Assembly (NCBI RefSeq): GCF_036321535.1 | Contig: NC_087437.1 | Coordinates: 105,526,001-105,590,000 of the forward strand | DNA: 64,000 bases | Direction: 5' to 3' | DNA from: Camelus dromedarius | Lineage: Eukaryota | Part shown: positions 38,478-51,529 of the stretch, piece by piece | Layout: each line of letters opens with the position of its first letter | How positions within the stretch are numbered: position 1 is the stretch's first letter | Notes under the pieces: generated by a model | Databases searched by the model: none | Told to the model about the DNA's origin: nothing | The model's input: the letters and a program-made list of their open reading frames with translations, nothing else | Program-made: the position numbers and the translations under genes

Positions 38478-39860
38478 ATGGTCTTTTCAACAAAGATGCT
38501 GGAAGCAACACCTGGAGATACATATGCAAAAAAAAAAAAAAAAAAAGAATCTAGACACAATCTTTACACTTTTCACAAATATTAACTCCAAATGGGTAAT
38601 AGATCTGAATGTAAAACTCAGAAGTGTAAAATTCAAAGAAGAATCATAGCAGAAAAACTAGGTGACCTTGAGTTTGATGGTGACTTTTTAAATAATACAC
38701 CAAATTATGAACCATGAAAGAAAAAAATGGATAAACTGGACTTCATCAAGATTAAAATCACCTGCCCTACAGAAGACACTGTCAAGAGAATGAGGAGATA
38801 AGCCACAAACTGGAAAAAAAAAAAAAAATTTCAAATGATTTATCTGATAAATGACTGTTATACAAAATATACAAGGAACACTTAAAATTTAATAATAAGA
38901 TTATAACAGCTTATTAAAAAATGGGCCAAAGATCTGAATTAACACCTCATCATATACAATGACAGATAACAGTGTGATATCCATTAAATACACTTATTAA
39001 AATAATGAAAATCCAAAACACTGACAGATGCTGGTGAGGATGTGGAGCAACAGGAAATCTCCTTTATCACTGTGAGAATGCAAATTAGCACACACTTGGG
39101 AAGATGTTTTGACACTTTCTTACAAAAGTAACCATACTCTCATCATATAATCCAGCAATCATGATTTTGTATTTATGCAAATGAGTTGAAAGGGCCTACA
39201 CAAAAGCCTGCTCAAAGATGTTTATGGCAGATTAATTCATCATCACCAAAACTCAGAAAGAGCCAAGATGTCCTGCAATCAGTGGATGCATGAACAGACT
39301 GTGGGACATTCATAAAATAAAATATTAATCAGAAATAAAAAGAAATGAGCTATCAAGCCGCAAAAATACATGGTGGAAATTTAAAAGCACATTATTAAGT
39401 GAAAGAAGCCAATCTGAAAAAGCTTCATATTATTCCGAAAATAAGACACACCACTGGAAAAGGCAAAGCTATAGAGAATGTGAAAACACTGGTGGTTGCC
39501 AGGAGTTCGTCAGAAGGGAGGAAAGAACAAATTGATGGATCACAGGAGATTATTAGGGGAGAGAAACTATTCTGGATGACACTATAATGGCGGATACATG
39601 TTATTATACATTTGTCAACACACTTAGAATGTACAGCACAAACCGTGAACCCTAATGTAAACTACAGACTTTAATAATGATGATGTATCAATATTGGTAA
39701 ATTTTTAATTTTTAAAACAATGTACCACACTAATACAAGATGTGAAAAATAAAGGGAACTGGGGAGGCGTGAGAAGGTATATGGGAACTCTCTGTGCTTT
39801 CTAGTCAATTTTTCTTTAACCTATAACTGCTCTACAAGAATAGTCTTAACTTTCTTTTAA
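38478..39860 (+). mobile_element. L1MC-like LINE: ORF2 3' part plus 3'UTR
   Basis: gtcttttcaacaaa...gaatctagacaca...ctggacttcatcaagattaaaa...gaaccctaatgtaaacta...ggtatatgggaactctctgtgctt matches the L1MC 3' end. Confidence 0.9.
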
Positions 39861-40652
39861 AACCTATGTAATCTACATGTTTATGGATTTTCTTAGTAGA
39901 CATTTTATTTTCTAACTTATAATGCGACAAGAGAGCAAGCACAATTAACCCTACATAGAAAATTCATGTTTGTTTTTAATAGGAATATCAATGCTTACTG
40001 AGCTGTAAGATTGCTCCTTATAACCTAATTAAATTATAAGAAGTAGTGGTCCTTTTTTACGTTCATGATTTTTTATTGAAATCTTCATACACCTTGCTTT
40101 ATATTTTTATCTCTGAAGTCTAAGTGTAGGATAAGGAAGTATAATACTAATCAATTAATTCTGAGTTTCTATGTCATCACTATTTAGTACATCACTATTT
40201 AATACAAATTTATACAAGAAAGATCTTTATTCTTTCTCTATAAAAAGATATTATTTCCCTGATCATGACAGACTTCTTTTATTATAGAAAAATAATGCAT
40301 GCATGATTAAACTAATGCCTTCAAACTATGCCTTTTTAAGCTATTTTAAAATAAATTGCATGGGTATGTTGCTTGGCGAGGAAAACAATCATCAACATCA
40401 CTTCCTTAGAGCCGTGAAATTCAGAGTAAATGAATTTATTTCGGTGAAAAGATTATTTAACCTTTTCTTCATAACCAGACTTTTTATTTTAATTTATTTT
40501 ATTTATTAAAAATTGCTGGTTATTTTGCCAATTTGTAATTGAAGTATCACAATTGCATTGCTCTCTGATATAGAATAGGAGTTAGTAGTATAAACAAAAA
40601 TGATCTATATATACACATACATATTTGCAGTTGAATTACACATATAACTTTA

Positions 40653-40795
40653 CAATTGAACCTCAGTATCCATGATTCTGCATCCGAGGATTCAACCAAA
40701 TACAGATCATGTGGTACTTAGTACATATTTGTTGGAAAGAATCCATGTATAAGTGGACCCACACAATCAAAAGCCATGTTGTTCAGCATCAACTG
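40653..40795. mobile_element. Tigger2/MER8-related MITE (TcMar-Tigger)
   Basis: TA target duplications at 40651-40652 and 40796-40797, termini caattga / tcaactg, and internal gtataagtggaccc...ccatgttgttca. Confidence 0.85.
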
Positions 40796-40919
40796 TAGAT
40801 AAATAGATAGATACATGGATAGATTAGATTCCAGACCAGATTTTGAATATATTAGCCTCATCACTTATAAGAAGTATGCTAGTACTCATAATTTTAAAAT
40901 AATCTAGTTATTGAATAGG

Positions 40920-40976
40920 CACACACAGAAACACACACACACATACACACATGCACACACTACACATGTGCACACA
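40920..40976. repeat. Imperfect (CA)n
   Basis: Directly visible in the sequence. Confidence 0.8.
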
Positions 40977-41159
40977 GAAACCCTAGACAATTGCAAGAAA
41001 AAAGACAATGATGAGATCAGTTTGAAGTGAGTATTCAACAAAGCAGAACTGAAACAAAACAAAGCAGAGCAAAACAACAAGGCAAAACTCAATTTAACTT
41101 TTTTATAAGGTAATCTATTAAACTCCTCTAAGTCAGTTACACGGTAAAAAAAAGATCAT

Positions 41160-42060
41160 AATTGAGATGGCAAACATAGCCAACCCTGTCTACACACACA
41201 GTCTTTGCAATGTGACTTTGAAGATAGTTCCACTAAGAGACAGTTTTTATTTCCTCCCAGCAGAAACTTGGCTGACCTTGATACTTGCTTAACTACTGTT
41301 ACATCTAGCATAAAATAATAGAGTGCCACAAAACCCAAAAAGAAACCAAGCTAATACAAAAGAACATTATCAAACCAGAAAAATACCGTATGATATCCCT
41401 TATATGTGGAATCTTAAAAAAAAAAAAGAGACAAACAAACTTATTTACAAAACAGAAACAGACTCACATACATAGAAAACAAACTTATGGTTACTGAGGG
41501 TGAGGAAGGGGGTGGGAAAGGATAAATTGGGAGTTTGAGATTTGTAGATACTAACTAATACATATAAAATAGATAAACAACAAGTTCATACTGTATAGCA
41601 CAGGGAACTATATTCAACATCTTGTCGTAACCTATCTTGAAAAACAACATGAAAACAAATCTATGTATGTTCATGTATGATTGAAGCATTGTGTTGTACA
41701 CCAGAAATTGACACAACATTGTAAATTGACTATACTTCAATAAAAATATATTAAAAAGAAAAAAATAATAGCGTGTCAGTTTTGACCATAGATCTCAAGT
41801 CTTTCCCTGCTTTCTCTTTTAAGCTTCTGTTGTTGCCATGAGAACAAACTTTACCTTTTACCTCGACCTTTGTTTCATGAACAAGTGAGATTGTCCAGCA
41901 GGCAGTCAAAATATGCTCAGAAACAGAGCCAATTGATGTCCTTCAACTTCATGCAAACACTTTAGAGGGTTCTGCTGAGATCAGATGTACTAGCCACCAG
42001 AGTCCAGTCCAAATTGTGAGCTAAGGGAATGTCTGTTGCTATGCATCAATAACTGATACA
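41160..42060 (+). mobile_element. MLT1G-like MaLR LTR split by an L1 insertion
   Basis: The left part is ctttgcaatgtgactttg...ggctgaccttgatacttgctt. The right part is ccatgagaaca...ctgctgagatcag...ataactgataca, ending at 42060. Confidence 0.7.
41329..41761 (+). mobile_element. Young L1 3' end (camelid type) with TSD
   Basis: Nearly intact 3'UTR (aaaatagataaacaacaagttcatactgtatagcacagggaactatattcaa...ccagaaattgacacaacattgtaa...caataaaa). TSD aaaataatagagtgcca (41312-41328) / aaaataatagcgtgtca (41762-41778). Confidence 0.95.
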
Positions 42061-42177
42061 ATTAAAAATGTGAACAAAAATACTGTAAGTCTAATGTATT
42101 AATATATTATTGAATCTTGAAATAGTACAAATTTTCTAAAATTCACCTAAACAGAAAATCCATTCATTACATGGGCA

Positions 42178-42304
42178 GATAGATAGATGGACGAATTCAT
42201 GGGCAAATGCATGGATGGATGGATGGATTGGTGGATGGATGGATGGATTGGTGGATGGATGGATGAGATACATAGGCAGACAGAGATGAATGGATAGATA
42301 GATA
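42178..42304. repeat. (TGGA)n/(TAGA)n microsatellite
   Basis: Directly visible in the sequence. Confidence 0.9.
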
Positions 42305-43517
42305 AAAAGATCATTTTGTAATTACATATAAATGCAAACACATATACTTGAAAATGATTATAAAAGGTAATTAATCATTAAAACATATCTGATTTATTTT
42401 AGAAACTCTAAATTGCTTTCTAACAAAAGTATAAAAAAATTAGTTGCATCTTTTTTTCCACTTCTGGTAACTTCCAGGATAGAAGTGACTCGCTGTCTCC
42501 TCTATCTTACATTTTTTATCTTTTTATCTTTTTTTCAGGATTCAAAATGAGTTTGTCAAATTTATCTCTAAGTTTTCTTTTGTTTTGATACTATATTTTA
42601 ATGTTCACCAGATTCTTCTTGTTTTCTGTTGCCTTTTCAAAGATGTCATATCTTTTTTAAATGTCTTTGAAGATATTATGTATACCTCTATTTCCTCCAC
42701 CTATCTTATCTGTTTCCTTTAAAGCCTTCTCTTTTTCTTTTGTTTAGATTGCTTTTTCACATTTCCTATAGGTCAGGTGATTGATGATTAAACATAATTA
42801 AAATTCATTAAATGACATGAAATTACATATACATACATAACTATACATATAGACACATAAATGTGCACATATACACGTAAATACATGTATAGTAAAAATA
42901 TTTATTAAAATAGTATAATATAAATGTGTATGAGTTAAATTGATCTGTAATATAAGAATAGATTTTGAAATTTAAAATGGTATAATCAGAATTTCACACA
43001 TACACATGCATTCATCTTGTTTATTTTGTTTAAGAAGTCTCATATTTGGAATCCACATTCAGAGGAGTTTACCAAGACCTTGGTATATTTTTTATAGAAA
43101 TATGCACTAGAAATTTCATTAATTAGATAAACTGAAATTAGTAGTGTTTAATATATGTTCACTAGAAAGACCTCTCATGCTCCATAGTCATTGCATGAAC
43201 AGGAAACACTTTATATGAACACCTCATATGAACAGGGAATAAATATCTGACAGACTGCATATTAAAAAATTACAAAAGAATATTCTAGATTGACCTTCCC
43301 ACTTATTCCAGTTAATGGAGTATTTAGCTGCAAGCTTTGAAAAAAAGGTTTGACTGGTGTTGCCCATCTAAGAGGGTGCTTCCACTTCAGAGGGAATTAA
43401 ATAAAATTGTTACCTAGTTATATTCTTCACCACAGAGTAAAAGTATAAAAATTATGTTTATTTAAAAATGGGGAAATGTTTAATATTATTTGGCTAGAGG
43501 AAAAAAGTCTGAATTAG

Positions 43518-43625
43518 ACTCCATTAAATACTTGTTGAGAACTCACTACAGGTCAGCACTGTGCTACAGGAAAAAAAAAAATCATTTAACTCCACGGCCC
43601 TACCTTCTAGGAATCAAAATGATAA
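43518..43625 (-). mobile_element. L2 3' end fragment
   Basis: cattaaatacttgttgagaactcactacaggtcagcactgtgcta...ggccctaccttctagga resembles the antisense L2 tail. Confidence 0.6.
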
Positions 43626-44234
43626 GTCAATGAGACATTAAAAACAAGTTACAAGTCACAAAATCTCACTTCTAAGGTAAACATAAGACAGGTCAAACAT
43701 GAAAGAACAAAAAGAAAGCAACACAGATTGTTCAGGTCTTTGAAAGTATGTCTTTGGAAGAACTAGGCAAGCACCTGATCTAACTCGGGACCCCATGGGC
43801 CTTTATTAGTGCCCAAGACAAACTGCCTTTCCAGGCAGATGTGATGGTTCCCCATTAAATCATGCGCATGAAGCTCCTGTGAAGTGCTTAGCAGGGGTGA
43901 GACTGCTGGTGGGGTATCCATTTGTTATGGAATGTTCTATTTTGTCTTATTTCACCACACAAAACACCCTAAGGAGATTATATGGTAAGCCCTTATAAGG
44001 TATTTTTTTATTATAGATTTATATCAAAATTTGCTTTTGTTAGGCAAGAATGAGATAGTAGATAGATCCCTCTTTAGCTCAGAATGAAGAAAACTGCAGA
44101 GAAAAGAAGAGTGTGGGAGACAGGAGTAGACACCGGCAGAGAGAACAGAGATTTTGGTAGATGCTGGGATCATCAGAATCCAAGAACATCACATAAATTA
44201 TAAGTGCATAATAGCAAACCAATAGCGAGTGAGC

Positions 44235-44450
44235 CTTAATTTACTGTGTTCCTGACTCTGCAAGATATACTTCACATATCTTACCTACTTTACTTTCAAA
44301 ATAATCCTTTTAAGTATTAGTTTCAGCATTTTCATATTACAGATGAGGAAATAAAATCTTGCAGGAGTTAAATAACTTGCCCAAATTTACATAACAAGTA
44401 AGTGGTGGGGTTGAGATTCAGCCCCAGGTATTCTAATTCTATTCTGCACT
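44235..44450 (-). mobile_element. MIR
   Basis: ttacagatgaggaaat...gttaaataacttgcccaa...gtaagtggtggggttgagattcagccccagg matches antisense MIR. Confidence 0.9.
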
Positions 44451-45319
44451 GATAATCACAGAGTCCATTTCTGGTAAATACGCTAGACTCTGTTGACCTC
44501 TGTATTTTGGTAAGAACAGAAAAGAGTTTAGAACTTCTGCAAAGAGCACTAAACTGTCCTGACCTTCATGTAATAGGTATCTTTGGAATCAAAGCAAATA
44601 TAGAAGAGTAGAGATACTTTACTGTTTTTGTAAAAATAATTATTTTGAGTTGTTTCTAAGTTCCATCTCATGTTCAAATTTACAGGAAAAAAAGCAAATT
44701 AAAACAAAAGTTCAGAGTGATTTAATGACCTGTTGTTAAGATTTTTAGCAATAAACAGTACAGTTAATTTAAAATATTTGAAACTCTAATTGACTTTTGT
44801 TTTCATTAAATGTACATTTTATTTGTAAATTAAACATTCACATAAACTAGAGAAATTCGTTTTTAGAACATTATTGAAAGTTCAATTCTACAAATACTTG
44901 TATTTTAATTAGTATATTCTTTTTGATAGGGCTCATTAGCAAATTTGTTCAATAAACATTAAAGTCCTTGGAAAAATAAAAGCTGATTTTTTTCTTATTT
45001 TTAGTGTTTTAGAAATCTGATGTTTAAGTAAGAGTTTTTACTAGTGTAAAATAAATCACTTTTGACATCCATTTCTATTAAAATGTTTTGTTGTATTCAA
45101 CCAATGAAATAATTAGGGTCTATTTTACTGTATATATCCTAGTCATTGATTCATCCAATCACCTGAGAAAGGTTCAGTAAATACTTCTGATGAGAAATGT
45201 TTACTTAACTTTATTCTGTATTTAAGATTTCCAACATTGTTTTGTTGCAAAATAGATTCTGAACCTGGTATTCACACCAGGTCCATGTGTACAGTTTTAA
45301 ATCACATTCCTTAGCCATT

Positions 45320-45406
45320 TTATATATATGTAGAGAGAGAGAGGGAGAGAGAGAGAGAGAGAGAGAGACACACATATACATACACACACACACATATATA
45401 TACATA
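45320..45406. repeat. Compound (TA)n(GA)n(CA)n microsatellite
   Basis: Directly visible in the sequence. Confidence 0.9.
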
Positions 45407-47389
45407 TAAAAGATAGATAATTTGGGAAATTGTATTAGTATTGCTAATCATGATGCTTCTGCTTTTATTTCACTATCTCAAAAACTTGTTTTTATTTATC
45501 ATTCATGAGAGAGAAATAATTAGAATAATTCATAGGGTAGAGAGCGATTATCATGAGAAAATTAAACTGCCTGTAGCATTCTTGTGGATAAACATTCTTC
45601 TTGTGCCCATATCTGGGCCTGAGATCTGATTAACTCAGATCTACATCATACAGAGCTAATGAAATACAAATTTCCTATCCTTAGGCCAAGTTAAAAAAAC
45701 AACTAGCAGTTTATTTTACGAGTTGCAAGATGTTGCCCACACACTACAGATATTTTAGCCAGAAACTTTATGCCTCCATGTTTAATACACTCATGGGTTG
45801 AAGATTTATCTGATTTTTTTTCCTCCATGAAACTGCTACTGATAATGACTGTTCAGTCTGGCTAATTACTTCCCAGGGTGTACTAGATGTTCTAATCTAT
45901 GACTTTTTGAAGAAGGTTATCACAACCCTAGGTTTAATATTATTTGTTTTCAATATAATCAAAATTATAAAATTAACTGTAGTCTACATAGTAATTAAAA
46001 TGATTTTTATAAAAGCATAGGAATCATCTGTACATTATCAAATGTGCAAGTCCAAAGAAGAAAAATTTGCATATCACTATGGTAAGACAGGTAAACAGGT
46101 AAATTTAATTTTCTGTTGCAATAAATGTATAGCACCAAGTAATGACTAAAATCCTGTCCAAAATATATCAGAATATTAGAGACATAAATAAAAGAAGAAC
46201 TTATTTTTAATCAGAACACTAGAAAGAGCTTTCAGAGAAATGAACATCACTTTAATCAAATTCCACTTTGATAAGATCTCCCCTAGACTGTCTCCTCCAA
46301 GACATTTCCTTATCTTTGTACCTCAAAAAGCACCTTACCCCAATAGAAATACTTTAATCTTCTGACTTTTCTCCATCACCCTATCCTTTCTTTCAAGTTT
46401 GCATTAGACATTTTAATGGATTGAGTTTTAGTCTTAGGAAATATGTCAATAGAAAAGGTTGGTTGTTATTCCAAACAGAAAGCAGCCACCTATATGGTGG
46501 ATATTGTGTGGAGATGAGGGCAATTTATCAGGCAGAAATGAGTTAAAATTCTTCAGTGGATTTCTATTGCTTTAGCATAAATATCAGAAGCTTTAATATT
46601 GTTCAGGAGGTCCCACTTGGTCCGACAAATGAAGAGTTCTATAACCTCATCTGATAACACTTTCCTTCTCAATCATACTATGCTTTTATGTGAAATGCTT
46701 AAAGAAAATTCCACTGGGTCGGGGTATTATTCAGTGTATGTACTTTATTATCCCTCACAGGCCCACAGCAGCTATCACAGCAATTTTCTACCAAACAATC
46801 CAAACAGATTCTACAAATAGTTCAGCGAAGATTGATGAGATTAAACCTACTTATCATCCAAAATCTGAAACTCCATAAGATGGTTAAAGTACTGTGGAAT
46901 AGCTCATAGTTACCAAGAACTGTATAGTGATTTAAAAATCTCCAGATCTTTCTTGGGAACATCTGGAAAGAATGACATGTTAATAGCTCTCTTCTCAAGG
47001 CTCATGATACAAAATAAAGTAAATGATTAAAGGTAAACATAAGCCTAATATGGAGAGAATGATGTCAAAATCCAGAAATTATTGAAATAAAAGAAATTTT
47101 GACGACTGGATTTTTGCCTGTGAGTGAAAAGTGAAAGAATGTGTTAGGAGGCAAATCGCTATAACCTTCCTTGGAAAAAAATGTGCAATTTTTAAATGCA
47201 AACCTAGAAAAATCCAGTAGTATTCCCACGTTGGAAATTTAAAAATAAACAGTCATAAAAGGAGGAAGCTCTTCATACAAATTCTTTCACCAACTGCCCA
47301 TCATAAATATCTTACATTTGTAAGCTGGGGAAGGAGGTCAGTCCACAGACCACATGATAGGGACATCCCATGGGGTTGTATATTACCAG

Positions 47390-47605
47390 TACTCACCATG
47401 TACAGTTTTCTTTTTTCTGGAGAACTGAACCTAGGAAGGGTACATTTACCCTCCCACTTGGTATGGTCATGTGACAAGTTCCAGTCAACGATCCTTCAAT
47501 GTGTCAATTTTGAACTGAAGCATAGAAAGTCAGGTATGACTTCTTTATTTCACTAGAATCTCCTAAGCAACTATTATGAAAACCAATGTTCCAGATAGTG
47601 CAGAG
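47390..47605 (+). mobile_element. MaLR LTR fragment (MLT1I/J-like)
   Basis: ggtatggtcatgtgacaagttccagtcaa...tgttccagatagtgcag resembles the MLT1 5' half. Confidence 0.55.
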
Positions 47606-47615
47606 AGTGAACAAA

Positions 47616-48104
47616 TCAGGAACTGTAATTTTACCCTGTTTGCAAACTGAAAAATTAACTTTTCATAGTTTCATCAATGCTAGCAGAACACATGAGATGC
47701 CTAAGTCAGAGACAAATGACTTCATTCCTCACAGTATGACAAACAGCAGGAGTTTCATGCTCACATTGGCTCCCCTTGCCTCTGAGTCCCATGGGAACCA
47801 GCCCAAGTGAATGCTGCATACAGTGAGTTCTGTCCTATTAAGGAACCAAGAGCTTAGGAAATACCCAATATTTCAAAGGGACACCTAACAGATCTGCTCA
47901 GACTTTGTTCCAGAGAGAAACAGTATCTTTATTATTCTGGTCAGGAAACAAATCTATTCTGACTCTAGGAAGATGCTGATATTTCTGTTCCAAGACTGCC
48001 TTTTATTCAAACATTCTTAAAATGGAATCAGCAATAAAAACTGCCAACACCTCTTTATAAAACATACAGAATGCAAGTGATCCACGGAGAATTTTCTCCT
48101 AACA
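47616..48104 (-). mobile_element. MER54-like ERVL LTR
   Basis: The minus strand begins tgttaggagaaaattctccgtggatc and ends gcaaacagggtaaaattacagttcctga, matching the recalled MER54 ends. Confidence 0.7.
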
Positions 48105-48541
48105 GAGATGTCTCCCTTTTGACCTCTGCCAAAAACAAAGTGTCTAAGAAATCCTTAGGCACATATTTTCAAAAAATCTTAAATGGTGTCATTCAAATAT
48201 ATGTTTATATTTTTTAGAAAGCAGTAGGGGGAATAAAACCTCTCATACAGATTGCAGAAATGTTTCTTATAAATTACATTTTCATATGGAAGGAGATGGG
48301 CAGGAAGCATCAAGATCTGTAAGAGTTACCCATTCTAAAATGCCACAGGAGGGTTTTCCATTGAGACATTACAGTTTGAAAGACTGAGGCTACTTATTAA
48401 GACAGTGTAAAAAGATAGCTGAAGTTTCCCATGGACCAGAGAAATGGAATGACTGCCGTAGAATGACGTGGAAAAAATGCATGTTTTCCTGGTCAGATTA
48501 AAGAAGAGTGTCCGCCCTGTGGTACACTGTAAAGGACCGAT

Positions 48542-48672
48542 ACCAGGATGTAAGCTCTTAGAGGACAGGAGGGTTTGTAAGTTTTGGTCATTGCTGTAAC
48601 TCAACATCTATCCAAGTTCCTGACCAATAATAATGCTCAGTGAGTATGTGCTCAAGATATGAATGAATGAAT
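48542..48672 (+). mobile_element. L2 3' end
   Basis: ggatgtaagctcttagaggacagg...cattgctgtaactcaacatcta...atgctcagtgagtatgtg...(gaat)n tail. Confidence 0.8.
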
Positions 48673-48963
48673 AAAACTTGAATAGAACAGATTCAAGAAG
48701 AAAAGACAAACATTCTTTCTAAGTTATAGCAAGAGTTAAGGTAAAAGCCTTTATATATTTGAAAATAGACTCCCAAAAAATGTATATTGAGTCTGAGGAA
48801 ACCTTAGAGGTGGTGGCCTTTTAGAGATATTATTAAAAACAGAATAGGATGAGAAAATAACCTGCTATTGTTTTCTCATTTTCCAGCAGAGGATCTCGCA
48901 CTTGGTATTTGCTTAAAGACTAAATAAAATTTTGAAAGGGTCAGTTCTGAGACATCATTTTGG

Positions 48964-49440
48964 TGTTACAATAGGGGTTCCTGATTACTGACCACAAGAA
49001 GCAGGTGGCACATCCCTACAGCACAATTACTAGAGGATTTCACACAGACACTATTTACAAAAATGTAAGCAGGTTGTGAAAAAACCACAGCAGACACTGC
49101 AGCAACACAGAAGCAGAATGTTCAGAGTGTCACCTCTTGTAATCCCTAAATAAGATGAGAGGGACGGGTGATTACCTAGACCCAGAGGAGAGAGTCTTGT
49201 AGAGAAGGCTGCCTGAGGGGAAGCAGTAACCTTCGGTCGAAGGGCACTGGGGCCCCAGATGAGGGAACCAGGGAGAATGGTACACTGAACTTCTGCTCCT
49301 CCCTTATCATTGGCCAAATACAGCTGGAATTCAGAGGGCAAGGAATTAATTTAATATTTCCTGTAGGTTAATCTCCTCACATTGTGAAGAGTACAAAGTA
49401 GCTTCAGGGATCAAGTGGATGGTAAGGGAACATAGAACTG
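48964..49440 (-). mobile_element. LTR33-like ERVL LTR
   Basis: actatttacaaaaatgtaagcagg...aaccttcggtcgaagg...cattggccaaatacagctggaattcagagggcaagg matches recalled antisense LTR33. Confidence 0.8.
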
Positions 49441-51529
49441 AAAACTTAAAAACGTAGCATTCATAATTATGAGCAAAATGTTCTTTTTTCTCTAAGGTAT
49501 TTAATTACATATTTACCCCAATTGTTTACTGGGACACTGTATGATAGACTCATGACTATTCTGATTGTTTCACAAATATTTTGTTTTTCCATCGATCTGA
49601 ACCTACTAGACTTAGGTATCTCTAGAGTTGACTAGTGATTGAATATTCATAATGAACAGAAATTTACATCGTGTTTTAAAAGTCAAACACTAAGCTGATG
49701 TGCAACCATAAAATCTGTAAACACTCTTTGGTTCTTAGGAATCCCCTGTTCTTTTCTTCTTTTAATCCCCTACATAATGAATCTGGGGAAAAGAGAACAC
49801 TAGGTGCTTAAAATGGATTGTCAAGTTTTAGATCTTATAAAGATTGAAACTTCTTTTTTCCTGTAATAGGCTATTATGAATTCATATTTGTGAAGTACTT
49901 AGCAAATAATTCAATTAATATGTATTATAGCCACTGGCCATTCATCTGTTTCATTCTAGTCATTCATTTTTTATGATCACAGAAAGTCATAGGGGTTCTA
50001 TATGCAATTCAAAATTGCTCTAAAATACAAAGAGAAAAGATTGCTTGCTATTTCAAACCATCTGAACAATGATTTATTGCTGCATTTCCTCTGGGGACTT
50101 TATCATTTTGGATTTCATAAATACATTGATTGTAAACTCATAAGCCTTTCCATTTTGGTAAGTAATTAAATGTAGATCAAACATTTTGACTAGAATGGAA
50201 TTTAAGTCATCTATTTCCCTCCTACCCTCACTAGTTTATCCAAGATTGAAAAAGCGAAAAGTCACAGAGACCAAAGCCACACAGCTGGCTCTGTAGAAGC
50301 TGTATCAGGATCATGCTGGCTTTCTAAATTTGGACTTGGGTCTTACCTACTGTCCTAGTGATTTTCAAAATGATTTATTGGGAATTTGGAGACTCTTTGT
50401 AGGGAAAGTTATTGAGAGACAAAAGGCATAGAGAATCTGGGCTGTCCTATCTTGATTCAACCAGAGCCTGTCAATGTGATTCCATTTCATATGTCAGCTT
50501 TATGGCTTTATCCATTCCTTTCTTCGGTTTAGTTTTATACAATTTCAAGTATATAACCTATTTTAAGTTAGTACTCTGCCACTAAAATATCTAAAAACAT
50601 ATACCCTAGAAAATATTTCCCACTATAGACAACATTATATAGCATTTATTTCTCCTCTGAAGACATGTAGCTATCATGAATGTCATCAATCCCTAATAAA
50701 GAATATTCCTTAACTTCAGAGACATCAAATAAAATTGTGACTCTAAGAATAAGTGCTTCATTATGACTTCTTTGAGTATTGAAGAAATCACTGGAAACTG
50801 TTTACAGGAAAACACAGCGGGAGGGAGTTTTAGGAGGCAGTCAAAGCCCAAAATGTATTTCCCAGATTCAGAGATGAAGGCAGTAGCTTGCAAAGCAGAG
50901 TCTAGGTATCTGGTTGTGAGAGAGAACTTTATTAAATAGTATTAAGTTAACATTTCAATGAAGTATAGATTGAGTTGGCAAAAAGCATAGTGGAAAGAAT
51001 GGTTAAGAAAACAAATTGAGCAGTACATGAGAACAAAAGATTTTGGATCTAAATGATTAGAATTGTGTGTTTTGAATGTAAATGGATTCAGATTACTAAA
51101 ATCTGGGAACTTTCAGAATGAGAAAAGCCCACCGCTTCTGTACTTGAAATAGAATATATGGAATTAAAAAAGACTCTGGGTAAAAATCAAAAGCTTGTAA
51201 GCCAAAAAGGACATGATTTTTTTTTAAACCTAATTGAATTATGTTGTTGATTCAGGACATGTCCCCAGTATGGTCATCATTCCCTAGATGATGCATTGCC
51301 CTTTCTTATTCCGTTGCTCACATCTCCTCTACATCTCACTAGAATTATCCCTTTGAGCCCAGTGGATCGGTTTTCTTCAAAACCCTCATACTCTCTCCAC
51401 CTCTTCTATCTGCATTCCCTTTACCTTCAACCTTGTCTGCAACAATTGAATCATGGGGAAATTTGTTTTTTTGTAATGTTCAAATAAATGTTCATTTCCA
51501 AGGCAAACTGATTCAAAATCTCCGAGGTT

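Noticed and set aside
41830..41843. RFX X-box-like gttgccatgagaac
   Set aside because: It lies within the MLT1G-like LTR and is imperfect, with no independent support.
43860..43871. 12-bp palindrome tcatgcgcatga (NRF1-like)
   Set aside because: Only a partial NRF1 match outside any CpG island; palindromes this size occur by chance in 64 kb.
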